This document shows, piece after piece, positions 16,301 through 26,485 of a DNA stretch of 64,000 nt; position 1 is the first letter of the stretch, and every line of letters starts with the position of its first letter. The DNA is from Zygnema circumcarinatum SAG 698-1b (taxonomy: Eukaryota > Plantae > Zygnematophyceae). Where the stretch lies: assembly GCA_037447605.1 (NCBI GenBank), contig CM074805.1, forward strand, positions 3,319,361 through 3,383,360, written 5' to 3'. The translations under genes were made by a program, and so were the position numbers. The notes under the pieces were generated by a model that was not told the origin of the DNA, did not search any database, and was given only the letters and a program-made list of their open reading frames with translations.

Positions 16301-19300
16301 GATACTGATGACGATGAATGTTTTCTCTCCCAGCAATGTAACAACAGCTCACCTACACTTTAAGAAACCCTCCACTAAATCCAATGTACCGATCGTGGGC
16401 AGGGGTACGCAGTGACGAATGGCACGGTGCCACCTGGCGCAACCAGTCCTCAGCTCCCATTGATCTACGCAGGAGACGCAGGGCTCACCGGAGCCCTCCT
16501 CGAAGACGCGCGGTAAGTAAGCTGTGGCAGTTGGAGGGTCTGTGGGAGGGATTGGACAAGAATAAGGTGGGGGAGAGGGGACAGGAGCAAAGGTGGGAGA
16601 GAAGAAGGCATTGAGTGGGGGAAGGGGTGAAAGGGTAGAGAGGGAAAGGGAGAGGAGGGAAAGTAGGGGGAGGTGAAGGGGAACAGGAGGGAGCGGGAGA
16701 ACTAGTGAAAACAGAGAAAAAACACGGAAGTTTTGGAAACGGAGAGGCCCACATCCCCAATCACGTGATGCAGCCGAAAAACCTCATCCAATCATGAAGT
16801 TGCTCTCCTGCGATCATGAGCAATGCGGGAAGCCGTTTTACGCAGTCTTCGTGAATGTAGCCGCTGAATCCTGAAGCTGCGTCAACGCCTTCCCCCCTCC
16901 CCCTTTCCCCCCTTCCCCCCTTCCCNNNNNNNNNNCCTGCCCCCTGCCCCTTGCTCCCTTCCCCGTTCCCCCGTTCCCCCTTCCTCTCCCTCTCTCTCCC
17001 TCAAGTCTATCTCGTGCACCTCACATGGCTGCTGCAGGCAGTGCCAACTGGACAGTCTGGACCCCAAGCTTGTGGCGGGCAAGGTCCTGCTCTGCGACCG
17101 CGGCAACGGCCCCCGCGTGGAGAAGGGCTACGCGGCGCTGCTCGCGGGCGCGGCGGGCCTCGTCCTGCGGAACGTGGCCGAGGACGAGGGGGAGGAAGGG
17201 CCGCCCGCGCAGGACTACCACGTGCTGCCCGCCATCCACGTGGACTACCGGGCGGGCGTGAAGGTCCTGGAGTACGCGCAGACTGCACGGTCAGTATGGG
17301 GACTCGCTCAAGGTTCAGGGATTAGGTTGGCTGGTTTGGAATTTGGTGGAAGCTGCTTGCAGCACTCTCACGGCACCATTTAAGAGCTCTTCTTGTTGAT
17401 CACCGTGGCTTTATGGCCGAGATGGGCTTCTGTTGACAATGCAAAGGGTGTAATGTATGCACACTGGAGCCTTGCTTCTTCAAGGAAATCTTAATTCGAA
17501 TCTCTGAAACGTCCTAATTCTCGGCAGAGGCTCCGTCTGCTGCCTGCCCTGCCTCCAGGAAGCCTACCGCCGCCATCTCCAACATTGAGATTCAAGTGGG
17601 GAACATTCCAATGGATATCCCTTCCTTTTCATCGCGGGGCCCAAACCCGTTGCGAAGCATCATAAAGGTGAACGAAAAAAGAGCAAATCCTGTATTTGTT
17701 TTCGTTTTCTTTTCCATCTGCTCATTTGCGATAGTACAATTATGCTGTTGCCAATACAACTTTTTCTTGGCACTCCTTCCCCCCCTAAGCCAGCCCTTGC
17801 TCGTTCCTTTTCTTGGCGTGCAGCCGGACATTATGGCACCCGGAGGAAATGTTTTGGCAGCAGTCACTCCATATAATCTTGACTTCTATGTTGCTGATGG
17901 TCAAGTCCCGCGCATTGGCGAATTTGATTTCTATTCCGGAACGTCTATGGCTGCTCCGCATGTCTCCGGCGTCCTTCTGCTCTTGAAGAGCTTGCATCCA
18001 ACATGGTCTCCGGGAGCTTTATATTCCGCAATCTCGACAACAGGTAAAGCAGACATGGCATAATTCGTCTCAGCGAAATTGAATTTTGTTGGCTGTGCTT
18101 GGGGAGGAGTCTCACTCATTGTGATCTTCCGACCACTCCCTCTCTTGCCTCTCTCTACCTATTTTGTCTGTCAACAGCTGAGCAGCCTCCAGTCGGCAAC
18201 ATTAACGACTTCGGAAGCGGTTTTTTGAACCCGAATAGTGCATTGCAACCAGGCCTTGTTTACGACTCTGGAGTTGACGATTTCGCCGTTTATCTATGCG
18301 ATTTTTATGGTAGCGACGTTGTTATGAGGAATACAGGGAAAGGATGCCCAGAAACATATAACGTTTTTGACTACAATTCTCCGTCCCTAATGATGACTAA
18401 TGTTAGAGGTATCGGATTTAAGACATCGCGGCGAGTGAAGAATGTGGGTCCCCCTTCTTCAATGTACCGAGTCTCCATTGTTGAACCCTGGGGCACTTTT
18501 GTGACAATTTCTCCTCCAGTGCTGCAGTTCAATGCTACAAGTCAAGAGCTCAGCTTCACCATAAGTGTAGTGGGCACTGCCATCACAAGGGATACTTCGA
18601 CAGGTGAGCTTCGCCATGGAAACTTTAGAACGTCTACATTTAGAGAAGTTGGATCATTTGTCTGCCATGTGCTTGCTTAGTTAGTTTGTATGAATGTCAT
18701 GGCTGCCGGCAGGGAATGCGTGCATTTTTGTAGAGCTCGTGCTCCCTAACATGGGTCATCTAAGTTCAGCAAAGCAGCATGAAGTTAGGTGCAATGGTTT
18801 GAAGAACGTGCGCAGAGGTTCGCCTATGCTGAAGGGTATGCAAGCTCTGATGCATTATGCATCGAACTTGACCTCGATTGGATCGATTGTCGAACGCATT
18901 GGTGAAACTTCCGCCATGCTAAGGTGCCTTACTGCTAGGCGTAGGCCCTACAAGATTGAAATTCTGGTAGCTTCCTTGTAAACCCAAGGGTGTTTGCTTG
19001 GCCTTCAGGTGACTACAGCATGGGCAGTTGGACCTGGACCTCATCTGATGGACAATTCACCGTGCGGAGCCCCATGCTCATCAACATCGAAGGCCTTCCT
19101 CCTCCTCCTCCTCCTCCTCCTCCTCCTCCTCCTCCCCCCCGCCCTCCTCCTCCTTCACTTCGCCCTCCTCCAGTCCGCCGCCTTCCCCCGCCCCGCTCCC
19201 CTCCTCCTCCACGTCGCCCCCCACCTTCACCTCGCCTCCCTCTTTCTTCACTTCGCCACCCTCCTCCTTCACCAACTCTCCCTCCACCACCTAGCCGTCC

Positions 19301-20051
19301 GTCTCAGCGTACCCAACCTCCTCCACCGTCCTCTCCTCGTGCTCGACCCCTCCCTCCTCCGTCTCCACTTGCCCCTCCTCTTTCACCGCCAACTCTTTCA
19401 CAACCTTCACCTCCGCCTCCACCTCTCCCTCCCCCTCCATATCTCCTCCCTCCTTCTCCACCACCCCCTTCTCCTTCTCCACCCCCTCCTCCTTCTTCAC
19501 CTCTCCCTTCTCCGCGTCCCCCTCCTCCTTCTCCAACACCCCCTTCTCCTCCACCTCTCGATCCTTCTCCACTACCCCCGTCTCCTTCTCCACCTGCCCC
19601 TTCTCCTTCACCTCTCCCTTCTCTGCGTCCCCCTCCTCCTTCTCCAACACCCCCTTCTCCTCCACCTCTCCCTTCTTCTCCACTACCCCCGTCTCCTTCT
19701 CCACCGCCCCCTCCTCCACCTCTCCCTTCTCCGCGTCCCCCTCCTCCTTCTCCTACACCCCCTTCTCCTCCACATCTCCCTCCTCCTTCTCCACTACCCC
19801 CGTCTCCTTCTCCACCTCCCCCACCTCCTTCACCTCTCCCTCCGCGTCCCCCTCCTCCTCCACCAGTCCCTTCTCCTGCTCCAGCTGCCCCTTCTCCACG
19901 TTCGCCTCGTCCTTCTCAACCGCCTCCTTCTCCCCGCCCTCCCAAATCACCTCCAGTCTCTCCTCCACCTCGCCCTCCTTCTCGCCGCCCTCCTCCTAGT
20001 CGCAATCCTCCTCCGCCTCGCCGGCCCCCTCCCATTGGGCCTTCCCCATAA
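13314..20051 (+). CDS. Plant-type subtilisin-like serine protease (signal, I9 prodomain, S8, PA, Fn3-like) with ~320-aa C-terminal Pro/Ser-rich extensin-like tail
   Basis: Signal [21 protein letters not shown]; I9 [16 protein letters not shown]; catalytic Asp VIGIVDSG|VWPE; His [12 protein letters not shown]; oxyanion SAGNGGP; PA segment [10 protein letters not shown] (exon 16403-16512) and GKVLLCDRG; [14 protein letters not shown] and Ser [11 protein letters not shown]; Fn3-like RRVKNVG..GSWTW; then poly-Pro to the TAA at 20051. One intron contains a 10-N gap. Confidence 0.92.
15681..15833 (+). repeat. Compound (GACT)n/(GACG)n tetranucleotide microsatellite in a subtilase intron
   Basis: Directly visible, starting 9 nt into the intron. 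Confidence 0.9.
16926..16935. other. Assembly gap (10 N) within a C-rich intron tract
   Basis: Run of n. The flanking exons still join in phase. Confidence 1.
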
Positions 20052-20885
20052 GCCTTGCCACGCTCACCTCCACAGCGTCCAGAACCGCCTTTGTGATGGA
20101 CAGAGGGTAAATAAAAAGGGAATGCGCCCTTCAGAGCTCGGTCGATGTAAAAAAAACGTTAATAATTTCACCATTATTGAATCGGTTCAATTCTCTCTTG
20201 TTCGCTTGGATGGCACTCCTCGTGTCCGCCCTGTGTGCCCTCCCAAGGGAAGGGGGTGCAGCGCCCTTCCCCTCCCCTCCCCTCCCCTCCCCGTCACACT
20301 CTGCGCTGAAAGCGCCCACTGCGTTTGCGAAGGTGCGTTTGGCGTCCAAACTTCCAAAATTTGGGGATGTGGACTCGGGAATTAGTCCACAAGTCGGACC
20401 ATCCGAACGGTCGCAAATCAACTAACATTGCAAATGGTTGCAGCCATTGTATTCAATGGTTGCCAATCGTTGGAACAGATGCGGACTACCGTATTGTTCG
20501 CAGCCCTTGCAACTATTCCCAATGTTCGCTTGCCAATCATTGCCAATGGACAGTTGCCAACCATCGCCAATGGTTGCGAGCCATAGGATGATCAACCATT
20601 GCCGACCAGTGGGTGGCCAACCGATCCTCTGACCTGGTCCGGCCGCCGCCCCCTGACTAAGACAAGGCTAAATGTGAACACTGCGGCTTAACCAATAGTT
20701 AGCCATTATAGCCAGCGACGGCGCCTGGACGTAGCTAGTCAGCTAGTCAGCCAGCCAAGTCTTTTAGCCAGCCAGCCAGCATTTAGCCAGCTAGCCTAAA
20801 GTCAGCCAGCCAACCACTCGCTTTGGTAGGCTCACCCGTAGGGAGGGAGGCAGGAAAGGCAGGCTTGCGACAGTGCCACGTGGCG

Positions 20886-23800
20886 ATGCCAGCTGGAGCC
20901 ACGTGGCACAAAGCGCTGTGCTCCCTCAGCCTGCCGCCTGCCTCTCCAGAGCCGGCATGGCGGCAGCTGCAGGGAGGGAAGCATCCCTCCAGGGGCCATG
21001 GAGGTGCTGCTGTTCAGGAAAGGCTGGCGAGGCGCAGGCAGCGCCATGGCGGGGCTGTGGCGGGATTACGTCTCATCTTCAATGGCTGCGAGCTGCAGCA
21101 GGAGGTTTCTCCCGCGGCGCACTTTCTTCGCACCTATCCGAAAGGTGGTTTGAGAAGCCGCTTTCATTCCGAACTGGCTGAACTTCAGAGATATATCTGG
21201 AGAATTGGAAGCGTTAAGCATTTTTGGATTCTTGGAAGGGAAAGAGTGGTTTCGAAGTTGGAATTCTGAAGTGAGTGATGAAACCTGAAGCAAGTCTGAC
21301 TACTGTCAGAACATTGAATATTTGAAAACGCAGAACTTGAAGTCGCCAAGAGTAGTATTAGAGAGGAGACGTTCCAGGCTTACTTTCTTTAGTATTGAAT
21401 ACGTATTGAATTGTTTGCAACTTAAAAATTACTGAGGCGTATTTGGTCTTCAGTTTCCACCATTGACCCGTCAAAGCTCTTCTCACAATTTTCAGTACCT
21501 GAAAATATAAAAAAAAAGGTGAAGGAAGGGAATGCTCATAATGTAAGATGCGGATGAGGAGGATCATCGAATTTTAGTAACGTTAATTCGACGATTCTGG
21601 CGAAAGGAGTGAACTGTGTGGTTAGAGGGGCTGTGCCAGTTCATCCACTAACGATGCTTTGCTCAACATATTTCAAAGCAAGGCAATCAAGATACAGCGA
21701 GATACGGTGAAATACATAGAGTCAATCTTGTCCAGTCACTTCATTGGATTCTCTATCTTGGCTTTGTGTCTTCCATTGCTGCTCGTCACTAATTCATCCT
21801 CTCACCGTCCTCTATTTATTTCACCAGTTGTCCACATTCCGTTCGTTCACTTTCTGTGTCCCTCTTTTCCCTTTCGGATGTTTTTTTCCACATCCCAGAT
21901 TTTCTAGCAGCTATTTTTGCTAATGCGCAGGTTTCTTTCCTTTGGTTTCTCTTCCAGGTGCATACACAAGCACACGTACTGCCCACTGCCGAGAATCTCT
22001 CCTTTTTTGGGAGCTCCATATGTCACGACTTGCTGATTCCCTGCAGCGTCTTTCGGAAGCACAGCCAAATTTGTACCCTGGATTTCACAACATTGATACA
22101 GGCATAGGGACTTGGTTGACATGCCTGTTGAGGCCTTCTCTTGCCACACTGGCAACCTGCTTAACGGCATGGAAGGAGGATACAAAGGGAGAGGAAGTTG
22201 CTGTTACTATCCTTGTTTGTGGAGCCGACAAACTAGATGCAAGTGAAAACTCCACAGCTCCCCAGGTCCGTGTCACAGTCTCCTCCTGCTGCCGTTATCA
22301 CAACATCGGGCGAATCCACGCCATAAGGACTATTTTGGGTTCCTTATTTTGTTTTTTTCGGGGGTGGCAGGACCTCTGTTGCTAATTGTAATATTCTGAG
22401 AAGAAATGGCCTTCCATTTATGGCGTCTTGCAGTATGACGTGTATATTCATATGAGCCCTTATGTCCCGCTGGCTATGGGAAAGGGTCTCCTGCCCCCCC
22501 CAGCCGTAGTAGCCGTCATGGGTCCTAGAAGGACACTTCCTCTGGCCAAGTTCTCGCAGTGGTCAAGGTGCAATCAATCCCTAAAGCCTCTATCCTCCCA
22601 GAAACGTTTGAGGAAGCTTTTCAAGTTTTTTTTGTGCAATTAATGTGGAAGCGTGGACTAAAACTTCGGCAAGATTGTGGCTACCTAAGGTCATAGAAAA
22701 TCCTCGTCCTCTCCTCGTTGGATTTATTCCTACGTTTTTCACGGGTCAAAGTCTGAACATTCCTTGGGCTATCGGTGCAGCACAAGGCGACACCTGGAAC
22801 GATGCTGTCCGTCCGATGCCACCGAAGTGATTCTATCTGACGATGGATCAGCGCTGCTGGAGGGACTTGTTACGAACCTTTTTGTGGTTCTTGAGGCCAA
22901 CAGGCAAGTAGGGGATTGCCCGAAATTAAAAAGCTGCTTTAATCCTTAGAAGACATTTCTTCCCTCTGTTTTTCGTGTGACTAAACTGTTCCCACATATG
23001 CTCTTCTAATTCCACACCTATGTGAATGCTTGTGGTGTCTCTTGCAGTGGGGCTCCTCTGAAGGGCCAGCTGGCAGCCCCCTGTACCTCAGGGCTGCAAG
23101 TGCAGACTGCGGCCTTAACTGATGGAGTGCTGCCAGGAATCATCAGACAGCAAATCATAGAGTGCGCTATCTTCAGCCCCCAAGCTTGTCGCATGTTTTT
23201 TCTTGTTGCACGTATCTGGTGTAGGTTATCAATACGTAAGGCAATCTACGTGTTTCAGCTGTAAAGGGAACTTTTGTGAGAGAAAGGTCTTTGTTTAAGG
23301 ATTTCGATATGTTTTTTGGTCTCCTTCTATTGTCCCGTCCGCAGCTGAAACAGCAAATGCATACCTGAAGGCTTTGAAGATCATTAAAAAAAAACCACTG
23401 TAAGATCGCTGATTACGTGATCTCATTGCAGAATCTGTCAGACAGCAGGTGTTCCATTGAAGCAGAATCCACCGCTGTGGACTCAGCGCTCGCAGTGGAA
23501 GGAGGCCTTTGTGACAAGTGAGGCCAAAACTCGCCCGACTGGTTTAGCCATCTGTATCAGCTGGTGTATGCTTCAGTCTTCTTTCCAAATTTGTCTCTCC
23601 CATATTGGGAGCACCTGTCCTATCCATCCAACTCTCATTCGAGTTGGAGCAAAGCTTTTGCAGGTTCTCTACGAATAGTTCAGCCGGTGGCCACTGTGCG
23701 CGTGCCTGCCACGTGGCATGCAGGCACAGCCCTTGATCCGTGGCCACTGTCACAGGAGTGGGACACGTGGCACCTGCCAGAGGTAAGCACATCCTTGGGC

Positions 23801-24478
23801 TCTACAAACCCTAAAAAACTGTCGAGGACTGCATAGATTGTAGAAGGCTTCTGGTGGTACTCTCCCCGGCATGGCATGCAGGTCAGTGTTATTGTAGGTC
23901 AGGACTGTATGAGATGGGATGATAGGCTATGGCCTAGTTGGATTGGATTGTGCGAGTGGCAGCAAGACAATTATTATTCAAATGACTTGCCTTATGCTCT
24001 TCACATGCTCAATGGTAATCTTGTGATTGGCGGTGATTAGGGAAGTGAATTTCAAAGGAGCTTTGTCTGACAAACTTTTTAAGGTGTTATGCCAACGTTT
24101 GGTCGCAGCGTTCTGGCGCACTGACTACGATTTTAAGGGTAAACCCTCCGCCTTTTGTTTCTTTCATGGATAAGAGAAGCGGGGAGAGAAGGACCAGAAA
24201 AAGATTGCTGAGAATTCCAAACGCTTTTCCTTTGATACTTTTGGGCGGCCCCCTTTGTGCTCGCTTGACAAAATCAATCCCAAATAATCTATGTCAGAAA
24301 CAACTCAATATTCTTAAACGGAAACTTACAGACACGGTGTACAGACTTGCAGCCGCATTGCCACACGTTGTTAATTTTTTTTAAAACTTGTCAAATTTGT
24401 CCTTGTGTGGGCACGCAGGATAACATCCTCGACCGCCTCCAAACGTGCAGCACGCGCGTGTCGCGGCTACCTGAATAA
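20886..24478 (+). CDS. Aminotransferase class IV (D-amino-acid aminotransferase/ADC lyase-like) PLP-dependent protein; first and last exon uncertain
   Basis: Spliced motifs LIFNG..FLRTYPK|GAYTSTRT, WELHMSRLADS, AKFSQW, EVILSDDGSALLEGLVTNLFVV, TAALTDGVLPGIIRQQIIE and WKEAFVTS. The start (20886) and terminal exon (24419-24478) are best guesses. Confidence 0.8.
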
Positions 24479-25573
24479 GACCGCTTTTGAAAATCATTGT
24501 CTCTTTATGGCAGTTTCAGCAGCAAGGGGCGAGGGAAGCAGACATTGGAGCAGCTTCCATCGTGCTTCGTGCAGTGCTTGTGCATATAACTTTTTGTACT
24601 ATGAAGGGAGCGATTGTAGTTTTATTGCTTGACTGTTTGTGCTAAACGTCACATAAGATCAATTTTCTCTATTTTTTTTTGTCTACATGTCGGTCGTGGC
24701 GTTCCAGTGTGCTGTCTTCCGAGGGACTTTCAGTGGACCATAGAAAACTGTGAACGGCATTGAAGACTGCAGATCAAGCATGAAGCGTGAAGTGGCTGTC
24801 CTTTCATATGCTTCTCATTTCGAACTAGGAACAAAAGCATCTATTGGACGACAGCAGTAACCAAGCACACTTCCAGAACAGAACAGCACGATGCCTTCCA
24901 ATGAAAGACGGCCGAATTGAAAAGTGAGGCGAGTCAATTGCTTCCATTGCGCCAGTGGAGCCGAACTATGCTGCTCATCAGGAGCTAACTGAGCCGAGTT
25001 TGGAAGTCATCAGCACGCAAGTGACATCCTTACTTTCATGAACATCTGTACAATATCATATCACAAGTATATCACAAGGTTCCAACGCAAAATTTGACTT
25101 TTTTTTAACAACTTCACTCAACGCGAGCCTCTGATTGGAAGTTGTCCTTTAAAAATTTACAGTCAAAGCATTCACAAGCGGATTTAACAGAACCCTGCTG
25201 AGCCTGAGAGTAGCACTAATTGTGATGAGCTGGTGTCAGTCACCAAGCATGCTGACTCGGCTGCTTCTTATCCTTCTTCACCAGATCTAGGCATGACCGC
25301 CGTAGACTCAACATAAACTCAGAAAATTGCCTGCAGCACCTGATCAAAGGATCTGAGGTGCCCCAACACCAAACTTGGACTTGGAAATCGCCTCAGACCA
25401 AAAACCAAATCTGTACAACTTCCCTCTCCCGCCTTCAATGAGAAGACCCTAACTACTAACAAAAATGATTTTGCATTTCTTCCTTCCAAGAAAAAATGTT
25501 TAATCTGTACATAAACAAAAAAAAAAAAAATGGGCTTCCTGCGAGGTGAAAACTTAGCCTACAGAAGTCAAGG

Positions 25574-26215
25574 TCAGAAATCAGTCTCCGCTTCAGCAAG
25601 CCTTGAAGCAATTCCTGAATGATACATCGTATCATGCCATGTTTCCGAACCTCGCAGTTTCCTCCGCAAAGTTCGTGCCTTTTGTGCAGTAAAGCCGACC
25701 CCCCTCCAGTCCAAGTTCCTGATGCGTTTTGCATCCGCTTCCACGGCTTCCACTTCCACCTTCTTCATCATGTGTACAGGAATGCTATCATATGGCACAA
25801 GAAGTTCATCTCGTCCGGGAAGCGTCCCCAAGCAATCTGGCACGAGCGTGGGAGAAGCCACAGGCTCACTTTGTGCAGGAAGCATGTCGGCCCACGGATC
25901 TGAAGAAAACTGGAAGAGTTGCTCCCACCAGCGAGTCGACGATGAGTTCTGACTCGCATGTTTGAACAGCAATGGCACACCTTCGCTGCTCCGGGTTTGC
26001 TTTCCCCCCAACGTTGCAGATTCCGCTCGCCTGCGATCGCCATGCGCTTCCTTCAAACTGACCGTCACCATGCGCGGTCCGGTCCTCCGGCAGCCTCCCA
26101 CCCTGGCATCAAACATCCTCCCCAAGCCCTGCTCCCGCTTGCAACCGACTGCCGGCTGTCCGTCCAAGACGGCATTGTTGGAGATCTCAATCCCTGAACC
26201 AAGCGAGAGCGCCAT
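25574..26215 (-). CDS. Single-exon conserved plant protein of unknown function (At1g52720/At3g15630-like, from recall)
   Basis: 213-aa ORF with WWEQLFQFSSDP and a C-terminal FTAQKARTLRRKLRGSETWHDTMYHSGIASRLA, matching the pattern WWxxLF..DP / FTxxKAxxLR..HDxMYHSxIASRLA that I recall from small land-plant proteins. A TATA box lies upstream. Confidence 0.7.
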   Translation of the reverse strand: MALSLGSGIEISNNAVLDGQPAVGCKREQGLGRMFDARVGGCRRTGPRMVTVSLKEAHGDRRRAESATLGGKQTRSSEGVPLLFKHASQNSSSTRWWEQLFQFSSDPWADMLPAQSEPVASPTLVPDCLGTLPGRDELLVPYDSIPVHMMKKVEVEAVEADAKRIRNLDWRGVGFTAQKARTLRRKLRGSETWHDTMYHSGIASRLAEAETDF

Positions 26216-26477
26216 ATCCGAAAGTAAGCGGATCTGAATGTCTTTCCCCCTCTGTGTGCGTCGCTCGTACTCTGTCACTCTCCCTCCCGCTCTCCTCTTT
26301 GTCTCACTTTCTCTCTCTCTCTCCTCCTCCCTCTCCCTCCCTCTCTCTCTCTCCTTTTCCCCCTCTTCCTCCCTCTCTCCCTTCTTAAGCTTCCAGATGC
26401 TACCAAAACTCCTGTAGGTAAGATCCCTTCACTGCAAGCTCTGCCAACCTCCAACACCACCCCCCGCGGCCCGCGCC

Positions 26478-26485
26478 TATTTATA
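26478..26485 (-). promoter_or_regulatory. Probable TATA box (TATAAATA) for the gene at 25574-26215
   Basis: TATAAATA on the minus strand inside an otherwise GC-rich island, followed by a pyrimidine/purine-skewed leader ~270 nt before the ATG. CCAAT-type boxes lie further upstream (~26636, ~26670). Confidence 0.6.

Noticed and set aside
18994-20385. 463-aa Leu-rich ORF and Glu/Lys/Gly-rich antisense ORFs
   Set aside because: Alternative frames of the Pro-rich subtilase tail.
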